From the NCBI GenBank assembly GCA_024233875.1, contig JACKPB010000009.1, forward strand, positions 1 to 21,190: 21,190 nt of DNA, written 5' to 3'. Numbering within the stretch: the first letter of the stretch is position 1; every line of letters starts with the position of its first letter. Position numbers and translations under genes: made by a program. This DNA is from Leptospiraceae bacterium. Its GTDB lineage: Bacteria; Spirochaetota; Leptospiria; Leptospirales; Leptospiraceae. Shown piece by piece: positions 9,287 through 16,886 of the stretch. Below the pieces are notes generated by a model. It ran no database searches and had not been told where the DNA came from. It worked only from the letters and a program-made list of their open reading frames with translations.

Positions 9287-10915
9287 TTAACCCCATCCAA
9301 GGATGGATTTGAAAAGAGTTTCGGCTTCCTCTGAGGTATTGCAGGTCGGCAATTTTGAGAAGAACTCGATAGCGGCATCCTGAGGATTCAATCCGTTGGC
9401 TTTAAATGTTTGTAATATGGATAGATACATCGCCGAAGCTTCTGCTCCTTCCGGAACGTCCGCAAATAACCAATTCTTCCTACCCAGAACAAATGGACGG
9501 ATGGCATTTTCTACAAGGTTGTTATCAATATAGATTTCACCATTGTCCAAATAGAGTATAATCTTTTTCCATTCTTTCAGAGCATAGTTCACTGCGACTC
9601 TCAGTCCATTGGATTTCTTCGGATTCTGCGATTCCATAAGAATTTGATTGTAAAGATGATCCATTAGAGGCTTGGATTCTCTCTGTCTGATTTTTACAAT
9701 CTCCGCAAAATTTCCATTCCTGTAGTAATCATGATTTCTAATTTTCTTCTCGACGTCATACAATTTCTTAATGGTAAATAAGATCTTTTCTGCTGATTTT
9801 TCATTGGATGCCTTGAACGAATTTTCAAATTTCCGTCTGACATGAGCAAGACATCCGGCAAGCAGGATTTCAGGTGTCTCTTTCAAATGAGCATTGTATG
9901 TCGCCAAACCATCAGCCTGAATGAAGCCTTCATATCCATTCAAGAATTCCTTTAAAAACTCAGCCGATCTCGATGTTCGATATTGATAATAAATGATCGG
10001 TTTGTCCGGTCTTCCTCCACGGAATACCCACATATAGGATACAGAAGTATTCTTCCTATCTTTTTCTTTATGAACCTGATAGTTCGTTTCATCCACTCCG
10101 ATCATCCTTCCGCTCTTCACAAGTTTAGGGAAAAAGGATAATAATTCCAGATACAGCAAATACACTCCGATTACCCAATTACTCATCGTGCTTCTCGGTA
10201 TCTCAATTTTACTCCGGAGCAACATTTCCGACAATCGGTAAAAAGGTATACCATCCAACCACTTGGCAATCAAGAGGAAGACTAGTGTTTCTACCGTCAG
10301 ATTGCTACCGGGGTAGATCTGGGGAGTTTTGTATGGAGCAGTTACAATGATTTTTCCGGCTTCATTTCTTTCATCCCCTTTGCAATGATTGCATGTGTAT
10401 TTAGCCCTTCTGTGCTGTCTTACATAGACCTGAGGAGGAACGATTACAATCTGCTCGGATACTTCCGGTTCTATTTCTGTCAATCTGTGACCGCAATTAC
10501 ATGTCTTTTCTTCTTCAGGAATATCATGTTTTTCTTCCACTCTCTTTAAGTGATCGGGAAGTGCTTTTCGTCCTACTTTCTTTCTTGTATGGGATTTGAC
10601 TTCTACTTCATCCGAATGGGATTCGAAAAGGGTTTTTTCATCATGCAATCCCAATTCTGCTTCGTTAAAGAAGAGATCCTGATAGTAAATAGATGGATCT
10701 ATTTTCTCGGACTTTCTTCCGAATTGCATCCTTCGGAGCTCTTCGAACATATCCTTCAATTTTTCAATAGCTCTATCCCTTTCGGTTATACCATGTTGAA
10801 GGGCATTGATTTTATTTTGTTTTTGAATGATTTCTTTTTTGAATTGGGTTTGGATTTGTAATACAATTTTCTTTAGTTCTTCGGGATCATCGGGGAGATT
10901 TTCAGGAAGTTGCAC
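9287..10915 (-). CDS. tnpC: IS66-family transposase TnpC.
   Basis: 542-aa ORF. N-terminal coiled-coil or leucine-zipper-like region, zinc-finger Cys clusters (CNCGH…, CNHCKGD), then a DDE catalytic region typical of IS66 TnpC. Confidence 0.8.
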   Translation of the reverse strand: MQLPENLPDDPEELKKIVLQIQTQFKKEIIQKQNKINALQHGITERDRAIEKLKDMFEELRRMQFGRKSEKIDPSIYYQDLFFNEAELGLHDEKTLFESHSDEVEVKSHTRKKVGRKALPDHLKRVEEKHDIPEEEKTCNCGHRLTEIEPEVSEQIVIVPPQVYVRQHRRAKYTCNHCKGDERNEAGKIIVTAPYKTPQIYPGSNLTVETLVFLLIAKWLDGIPFYRLSEMLLRSKIEIPRSTMSNWVIGVYLLYLELLSFFPKLVKSGRMIGVDETNYQVHKEKDRKNTSVSYMWVFRGGRPDKPIIYYQYRTSRSAEFLKEFLNGYEGFIQADGLATYNAHLKETPEILLAGCLAHVRRKFENSFKASNEKSAEKILFTIKKLYDVEKKIRNHDYYRNGNFAEIVKIRQRESKPLMDHLYNQILMESQNPKKSNGLRVAVNYALKEWKKIILYLDNGEIYIDNNLVENAIRPFVLGRKNWLFADVPEGAEASAMYLSILQTFKANGLNPQDAAIEFFSKLPTCNTSEEAETLFKSILGWG

Positions 10916-10960
10916 GGTGACAATATGGAATCAATTGTAGTACCGTACAACTACTTTTTT

Positions 10961-11308
10961 TTATTCATTAGGAAAAATTAATTCTCTATGCTCCTTTCTG
11001 AAATCAATTCCTCTCAATAACCAGTTCAATTCTCTTCTGGATATAGTTACTCTATCCATTGATCCGGAGGGCCATGCAAATTGTCCTTTTTCCAATTTCT
11101 TCTGCCAGATGCAGAATCCATTTCCATCCCAGTAGAATATTTTGATCAGTTTTCGGGAATGTCCGCTAAAGAGAAACAAGGAACGACTATATGGATCCAG
11201 ATTCATCTCCTCCTTTATGATTCCATACAATCCATTCCATGACTTTCTCATGTCGGTATAGCCCGTTCTGATGTATACTTTCAATTTCAATGGATCGCGG
11301 AGAATCAT
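10961..11308 (-). CDS. tnpB: IS66 Orf2 (TnpB) accessory protein.
   Basis: 115 aa. The conserved YIRTGYTDMRKSWNGL…FLFSG…K(L)IKI(FY)WDGNGF signature of IS66 TnpB. Overlaps tnpA by 4 nt (ATGA). Confidence 0.8.
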   Translation of the reverse strand: MILRDPLKLKVYIRTGYTDMRKSWNGLYGIIKEEMNLDPYSRSLFLFSGHSRKLIKIFYWDGNGFCIWQKKLEKGQFAWPSGSMDRVTISRRELNWLLRGIDFRKEHRELIFPNE

Positions 11309-11580
11309 TGCGGTTTCCTGATTCGAATAGTAATCCCGGAGTTATTCTCTATTTGAATCGAAACTTCTAAAGGAGATTGAGAAAATTCAGGTTCAGGCTC
11401 TTCTATCTTAACCGGAAGTATTGTTTTTATACGATGATTTACTGTTTCCTTCGCATATTTATATCTCCAATTCGAAAAGGAATCTACAGTTATATCATTC
11501 TCGCGACAATAGGCTCGGATACTTTTACCGCTCTTCTGCCAGTTCTTAACATGCTTTTTCATTATTGTATGTTTATCCAT
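11305..11580 (-). CDS. tnpA: IS66 Orf1 (TnpA), helix-turn-helix protein.
   Basis: 91 aa, first gene of the IS66 operon. Its reading frame overlaps tnpB by 4 nt. Confidence 0.7.
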   Translation of the reverse strand: MDKHTIMKKHVKNWQKSGKSIRAYCRENDITVDSFSNWRYKYAKETVNHRIKTILPVKIEEPEPEFSQSPLEVSIQIENNSGITIRIRKPQ

Positions 11581-11652
11581 AATGGATAGTATAACAGAAA
11601 ATCAGATTTTGAAAACCTGTGGGAGTTTTAGCGCTTACGAAAGGAACCTTGT

Positions 11653-11835
11653 ATGACGATAGAGCATCAGGAGGGAAAGTTGAAGACAAGAAGACCCCGC
11701 GTCAGCGGACATCCTTCGAAAAAAAGAAGAAGCTTCCAACCTAAGTATCCCCCAACCAAAAACCAGCCTTTCAATGATGCCTTTCTCAGAGAATCCAAGG
11801 TTGTGCAGCCCAAACATCTCGGAACAAAAATTTAG
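11653..11835 (+). CDS. Candidate minigene encoding a 60-aa basic peptide, paralog of 7110-7292.
   Basis: AAGGA Shine-Dalgarno sequence, ATG, TAG at 11833-11835, then the hairpin GTCGGATCTGTTTCCGAC and a T-run. Confidence 0.3.
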   Translation: MTIEHQEGKLKTRRPRVSGHPSKKRRSFQPKYPPTKNQPFNDAFLRESKVVQPKHLGTKI

Positions 11836-12221
11836 AGATGTCGGATCTGTTTCCGACTCTCGTTTTTTGTATCGCCTGCCCGGCTCGAGGGCACAGAAGA
11901 ATTCTCATTATCAAGAATATCTTAATACATTAGAGAAAGCTTACGAGCACTTTTGGATAAGCAGCAACCTTGAGATGAAAGAGAAGGTTTAGCATCATTG
12001 AAAGTTGAAGACAAGAAGACCCCGCGTCAGCGGACATCCTTCGAAAAAAAGAAGAAGCTTCCAACCTAAGTATCCCCCAATAAAAAACCAGCCTTTCCAT
12101 CCTGATTCTACAGAAATACAGGTTCCACAGCTGAAACTTCTCGGAGCAAAAATTTAGAGATGTCGGGTCTTTTTCCGACTCTCGTTTTTTGCCCGAAAGT
12201 TTCAAGCGAAAGGAACCTTGT

Positions 12222-12401
12222 ATGACGATAGAACATCAGGATGGAAAGTTGAACCTAAGAAGACTCCGCGTCAGCGGACATCCTTCGAAAAAAAGAAGAA
12301 GCTTCCAACCTAAGTATCCCCCAATAAAAAACCAGCCTTTCCATCCTGACTCAAAGGAAATACAGGTTCCACAGCTGAAACTTCTCGGAGCAAAAATTTA
12401 G
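12222..12401 (+). CDS. Candidate minigene encoding a 59-aa basic peptide, a divergent allele ending …HPDSKEIQVPQLKLLGAKI. A further diverged copy lies at 12466-12627.
   Basis: Same Shine-Dalgarno/ATG/stop/hairpin architecture. The C-terminal half differs from the other copies by substitutions only, so frame and stop position are preserved. Confidence 0.3.
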   Translation: MTIEHQDGKLNLRRLRVSGHPSKKRRSFQPKYPPIKNQPFHPDSKEIQVPQLKLLGAKI

Positions 12402-12657
12402 AGATGTCGGGTCTTTTTCCGACTCTCGTTTTTTGCCCGAAAGTTTCGAGCGAAAGGAACCTTGTATGACGATAGAACATCAGGAGGGAAAGTTGAACCT
12501 AAGAAGACTCCGCGTCAGCGGACATACTTCGATCAGAAGAAGAGGCTCCATGCAATGGAAAGTTGAAGACAAGAAGACCCCGCGTCAGCTGACATCCTTC
12601 GATCAGAAAAAGATACAATGGAATTGATGAATACAACCACAAAAAAAAATTCCCCAC

Positions 12658-12695
12658 TCATGAGTAGTTTAAAGTTGACTTTAAACTACTCATGA
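12658..12695. promoter_or_regulatory. Perfect 18-bp palindrome TCATGAGTAGTTTAAAGT-TG-ACTTTAAACTACTCATGA, 17 bp upstream of the ATPase start. A candidate operator or a strong hairpin.
   Basis: Read directly from the sequence. A partial third copy TTTAAAGTCAA follows at 12700-12710. Confidence 0.5.
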
Positions 12696-12711
12696 ATAAT
12701 TTAAAGTCAAT

Positions 12712-13851
12712 ATGAAAAAACTCAGATATCTTTTCTCTCCAATCCAGGACACTCTCACGAAGAAAATGGTCTTTGTGGGTGGTCCGAGACAGGTAGGAAA
12801 AACAACTCTTGCTCTGCAGTTTCTAAAACCACCAAGTATTCAAAATCCCGCATATCTGAATTGGGATTTCAATTCAGATAAATTGCAAATTTTAAGAGAC
12901 GAGTTTGCCCTTCAAAACAATAAAATTCTAGTTTTCGATGAGTTGCATAAGTACTCAAAGTGGAGAAATTTGATTAAGGGTTTGTATGACAAATATAACG
13001 AGAAAAATCAATTCATAATTACGGGATCAGCAAGACTGGATTATTTTCGAAAAGGAGGTGATTCCCTTTTGGGAAGATACCGATATTTCAGACTCCATCC
13101 TTTTTCCCTGATGGAAATGAATAAAAATCCCAGCAAAACTGATTTAGAAACACTTTTAAAATTTGGAGGTTTTCCCGAGCCCCTACTCTCACAAAATGAG
13201 AAAGAGCACCGGATCTGGAAGAATGACAGAATGATCAAGGTTGCCTCTGAAGACATCCGGGACCTTGAAAATATTAAGGACGTTTCCTCTATGCTACTTC
13301 TTGCAGAACTTCTCCCTTCCAGAGTAGGGTCTCCCCTTTCTTTAAAAAGTTTGTCCGAGGATTTAAACGTATCACAACCTACCGTTGATCGATGGATAGA
13401 AATTTTGTCTACACTATACTATTGCTATGCAATCCTTCCTTTTGGTTCTCCCAAAATAAGAGCGGTGAAAAAATTAAAAAAAGTTTATCTTTGGGACTGG
13501 TCACAGGTAGAAGAATTAGGATTTCGATTTGAAAATCTGGTAGCGGGTCATTTACTTAAGTACTGTAATTTCATATCAGATACCGAAGGCTATCCAATGG
13601 AAGTTCGGTATTTACGCGATACAGATGGAAGAGAAATAGACTTTGTGGTTCTGAAGAATAAAAAACCTATTTTTGCAGTAGAATGCAAAACAGGTGAAAA
13701 ATCTCTAAGTCCGAGTATTTCTTATTTCAAAGAAAGAACAGAAATTCCCGAGTTTTTCCAGGTTCATTTGGGCACAAAAGATTTTGGTTCCAATCAAACA
13801 GGAAGGGTATTGCCATTCCAAAAATTTTGCCGGGAAAAGGTTTTAGTTTGA
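12712..13851 (+). CDS. AAA-family ATPase of the AAA_14/DUF4143-type architecture (orphan 'ATP-binding protein' family).
   Basis: 379 aa. Walker A GGPRQVGKTT, a Walker B-like VFDELHK, then a C-terminal region of the kind seen in DUF4143 proteins. The gene is embedded between blocks of the repeat array. Confidence 0.65.
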   Translation: MKKLRYLFSPIQDTLTKKMVFVGGPRQVGKTTLALQFLKPPSIQNPAYLNWDFNSDKLQILRDEFALQNNKILVFDELHKYSKWRNLIKGLYDKYNEKNQFIITGSARLDYFRKGGDSLLGRYRYFRLHPFSLMEMNKNPSKTDLETLLKFGGFPEPLLSQNEKEHRIWKNDRMIKVASEDIRDLENIKDVSSMLLLAELLPSRVGSPLSLKSLSEDLNVSQPTVDRWIEILSTLYYCYAILPFGSPKIRAVKKLKKVYLWDWSQVEELGFRFENLVAGHLLKYCNFISDTEGYPMEVRYLRDTDGREIDFVVLKNKKPIFAVECKTGEKSLSPSISYFKERTEIPEFFQVHLGTKDFGSNQTGRVLPFQKFCREKVLV

Positions 13852-13859
13852 TATACAAA

Positions 13860-14420
13860 TATAACCTTGTTCTAAACCGGGATCTCGATACAATTTTTAA
13901 CCACCCCCTGCCCCCTCCAAAGGAGAGGAGTCCCTAGATGAAATATTTTATCTATTAAGTATTTTTGCTATCCACAGCAAATTAAATCTTTCAATCAGAA
14001 AAAAGGCTTCCAACCAAAATATCCTCCAATAAATAACCAGCCTTTCCATCCTGACTCAAAGAAAATACAGGTTTCATATCCGAAATCTTATGGATCAAAA
14101 ATTTAGAGATAGCCCGCCCGGCTGGAGGGCACAGGAATATACTATGTGACAGAAATTTTAAAACAACCTACAAGTTATATATCGACTACTTAAGATCTGT
14201 TCTCTGACTCTCGTTTTTTGAATCGCCTGTCCGGCTCGAGGACACGGAAGAATATCCGCCCAATAGAGATTCTTATTTTCGAGAGCAAATTGTATCGACA
14301 ACTTTCGAGCGAAAGGAACCTTGTATTACGATAGAGCCACAGGATGGAAAGTTGTCCTTCGACTACGCTCAGGCGAAATTGACCCATGTCAGAGGTTATA
14401 AAATTCTTCTCCATAACCTG
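13860..14420. repeat. Degenerate distal block of the repeat array (terminal, diverged units).
   Basis: Diverged copies of modules seen at 8840-9040 (…AACCAGCCTTTCCATCCTGACTCAAAG…GATCAAAAATTTAGAGATAGCC…) and of the motif AAACCGGGATCTCGATACAATTTTTA (also at 6501 and 8039). The stretch ends with GGATGGAAAGTTGTCCTTCGACTACGCTCAGG, which mirrors 6425-6460. Confidence 0.75.
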
Positions 14421-14548
14421 GATCTCGATAATATTTTTACAAAAATAAAAAATCTTATTGAATTTATCCTAAACCTGATAACTAATTCAAAAATTGAAAT
14501 GAGATTTTATGTTCCTATGAACTTGTTCATCAAAAGACCGGAAGATAA

Positions 14549-14974
14549 GTGCGAACGGAATTGAGGATAACTGACTTATTCATGAGATTTAATCTTACTA
14601 ATCATCTATTTTTATTTCCAATCCTGACTTTATTTTTTAATTGCTCGGGATTGAACTTGAGGACTTATCCCATTCCTATAGCTCCCGATACCAATCCGGT
14701 TCCCAATTATTCAGGACTAAGCGTAGTACGATATGGAGGTTTTCTCTGGCATCAAATGGAAACTCCGGTAGGACTCACTCCGGGTGTCAAATTGAGCAAA
14801 CGGGGAGAATCTTGCTCCCATTCAATTTTATTCTTATTCGCCTGGGGTGACTCTTCTATTGAAATGGCAAAAATCAATGGAAGTGTAGTTCAGATCGGTT
14901 TGATGGAATACATTAATTCTGCTATCCTGGGTGGGATTTATCACAAACACTGCTTGGTTCTACTAGGTCAATGA
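14549..14974 (+). CDS. TRL-like small lipoprotein, paralog 1. The true start is probably the ATG at 14582 (MRFNLTNHLFLFPILTLFFNCSG).
   Basis: Signal peptide plus lipobox. The conserved C-terminal pattern G(E/K)(S/A)C…S.L…FxxG(D/S)xS……A………I.(I/L)……S.LG..Y…HC.V..G is shared with the next two ORFs. Confidence 0.6.
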   Translation: MRTELRITDLFMRFNLTNHLFLFPILTLFFNCSGLNLRTYPIPIAPDTNPVPNYSGLSVVRYGGFLWHQMETPVGLTPGVKLSKRGESCSHSILFLFAWGDSSIEMAKINGSVVQIGLMEYINSAILGGIYHKHCLVLLGQ

Positions 14975-14975
14975 T

Positions 14976-15290
14976 ATGCAAATTAGGATCACTTTTTTTC
15001 TAATCTTTTTTCTAAATAGCTGCGCTACCGGACCCGTTGGAGGATTTCTATTTACAAAAAATAAGTTTTCGGGAGAAATCAACCCAGATCGAACGATTCC
15101 GGATACTGTTCAGGCTAAAGGTTGCCAGCATTCTTTCCTTATGTTATTCAGTTTTGGATCAGCTTCTGCCGGTGAAACCGCTTATCGAAATTCTATCATT
15201 CGAATCGCATATGTTGACCATTCCACTTTGAGTATATTAGGTTTGGTATATACACAGTATTGTACACATGTCCACGGAGCATCCTTTTGA
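14976..15290 (+). CDS. TRL-like small lipoprotein, paralog 2.
   Basis: 104 aa. Signal peptide with a Cys (FFLIFFLNSCA) and the same C-terminal pattern (…GLVYTQYCTHVHG). Confidence 0.6.
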   Translation: MQIRITFFLIFFLNSCATGPVGGFLFTKNKFSGEINPDRTIPDTVQAKGCQHSFLMLFSFGSASAGETAYRNSIIRIAYVDHSTLSILGLVYTQYCTHVHGASF

Positions 15291-15613
15291 CTTTTTTGTT
15301 TCAGATCATTTTGTTAGTCTTAATGGGATGTACTACAACAATATCTCCCGGATTTATTTACAATCAAACAGAAGAACATGTGTATGACAGAAGCAGGGGA
15401 AGTCAACTCGGATCAGGTAGGATTTTAAAGATTGGAGAAGATTGCGTTTACGGAAGTATTCTCGGAATAAGTGGTTTGGTATCCGATAGTGCCTCAGTTG
15501 AAATTGCCAGTTACAATGCAGGTATCACAAAAATCGGATCGATAGATTATAAATCCATTAGTATCCTCGGTCATATATTTTTTCGACATTGTGTCGTAGT
15601 TTTTGGAGAATGA
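15260..15613 (+). CDS. TRL-like small lipoprotein, paralog 3. Its start overlaps the previous ORF by 31 nt.
   Basis: 117 aa. LMGCT lipobox and the same C-terminal pattern (…ILGHIFFRHCVVVFGE). Confidence 0.55.
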   Translation: MYTCPRSILLTFLFQIILLVLMGCTTTISPGFIYNQTEEHVYDRSRGSQLGSGRILKIGEDCVYGSILGISGLVSDSASVEIASYNAGITKIGSIDYKSISILGHIFFRHCVVVFGE

Positions 15614-15621
15614 GGTATTCC

Positions 15622-16833
15622 ATGAGAATTCAATATCTATTTAAATTATCTATTTTATTCATTTTATTCTTAAACCCCAGCATGTTACTTTTTAGTGATA
15701 CAATTTATCTCAAATCCGGAAAGGTTATCGAAGGGAAAATAGTATCACAAAACTCTCAAAAAGTAGATTTAGAAAAAGAGAATGGAAAGAAGACAAGTCT
15801 ATCTAAAAAATCCATTCTCAGAATTGTTTATAAAGATCCTGAAACATCCGATCCGGATCTAAAAAAAGAGAACACTTCCCAAAAAAAGAAAATAGCAAAG
15901 AAGGAAACTGAATTCAAATCAAAGAAAACTGCATCTACAGAGAAAAAATCACAAAATGAAATCACCAACTCTCCGGAGCTTGCGGGAATAGAACAAAAAT
16001 TGGATAAAATGATTCAACAGAAAGAAATCGACCTGGAGCTACGAAAAGAAGAACTTTCCATTAAAAAATCCGAAAATGATCGATTTGATACACTACTAAA
16101 AAGAGAAGAAGAAATTCTCTCTGAAGAGAAAGCACTCCTAAAAGAGAATCGATACATCCTTCAGGAAGAATTAGAAAAAGAAAGAAAGGAGCGAGCACTT
16201 CTTGAAAAAAGAGTTACCGAATTAGAATTAAAAAATCGCAGACTGGAAATGTTTTTAAGTATGGATGAGGGTGAAGTCGCTTACTACTCCCAAAAGAGAG
16301 ACTCGATGGACATTGTAAAAAGATCTATGATTTTTCCGGGATGGGGTCAGAGATATGCGAAAGATGAATTCTCCGGAAATGCCTTTTCGGTTACTTTCCT
16401 TACAACATTCAGTCTGGGGTTATTGTCATATACCAGCGGAAAGTATTCCGAATCAAATATTAGAGAAGAGACGAGTACGACACTCTCTCAAAATGCATTT
16501 CTTCTTTCACAGGTCTCCAGTACAAATTCTTCCTTATCAGGATACGCTCTCTATTCTAGTTACCAAAAAGGAGAATCCAAATTAGATGACCCATTATTGA
16601 GACAACAATTTGGCAAGACTCTCCTCATCACTTCTATTCTCGTTTATGGTGCTAATTTACTTCATGCTTATTATTTAGGAAATGATTGGGCTAAGATTAC
16701 TCCGAAAAACTACCCGGGTGCTCCTGCTTCAGGCTGGTATTGGGACTTAAATCCGGAATCCAACCCAAATCATACAAATGCATCAGAAAGTCGTGGGGTG
16801 AAAACGGAGTTAGGATACGGGTTCCTATTTTAA
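15622..16833 (+). CDS. Secreted coiled-coil protein with a C-terminal PGWGQ-motif membrane-associated domain, possibly DUF5683-like. The start is taken at M12 of the ORF.
   Basis: GAGGT lies 9 nt upstream of the ATG at 15622. A signal-peptide-like N-terminus is followed by a long K/E-rich heptad-like region (ELRKEELSIKKSENDRFDTLLKREEEILSEEKALLKE…) and then MIFPGWGQRYAKDEFSGNAFSVTFL… plus hydrophobic stretches. Confidence 0.6.
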   Translation: MRIQYLFKLSILFILFLNPSMLLFSDTIYLKSGKVIEGKIVSQNSQKVDLEKENGKKTSLSKKSILRIVYKDPETSDPDLKKENTSQKKKIAKKETEFKSKKTASTEKKSQNEITNSPELAGIEQKLDKMIQQKEIDLELRKEELSIKKSENDRFDTLLKREEEILSEEKALLKENRYILQEELEKERKERALLEKRVTELELKNRRLEMFLSMDEGEVAYYSQKRDSMDIVKRSMIFPGWGQRYAKDEFSGNAFSVTFLTTFSLGLLSYTSGKYSESNIREETSTTLSQNAFLLSQVSSTNSSLSGYALYSSYQKGESKLDDPLLRQQFGKTLLITSILVYGANLLHAYYLGNDWAKITPKNYPGAPASGWYWDLNPESNPNHTNASESRGVKTELGYGFLF

Positions 16834-16886
16834 ATCACATTATTATATAGGAAAATATTCCAAAAGAATTGTTTTGATTGATGAAT

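Larger units (their letters stand above)
9275..11638 (-). mobile_element. IS66-family insertion sequence, about 2.36 kb, with tnpA-tnpB-tnpC on the minus strand.
   Basis: Three ORFs in the canonical IS66 order. Both termini begin with GTAAGCGC reading inward (9275-9282; reverse complement of 11631-11638) and form imperfect inverted repeats of about 20 bp. No 8-bp direct repeat flanks the element. Confidence 0.8.
11639..12627. repeat. Mosaic tandem-repeat array, part B, resuming immediately at the IS66 end. About 5 units, including three or four 243-bp minigene units.
   Basis: Same modules as part A. GAAAGTTGAA recurs at about 11675, 12000, 12247, 12490 and 12562. Confidence 0.9.

Noticed and set aside
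6410-12627. CRISPR array
   Set aside because: The repeating units are 243-325 bp and nearly everything is repeated. There are no short, unique spacers between short direct repeats. No cas genes are present. The only adjacent genes are IS66 transposase genes and an AAA ATPase.
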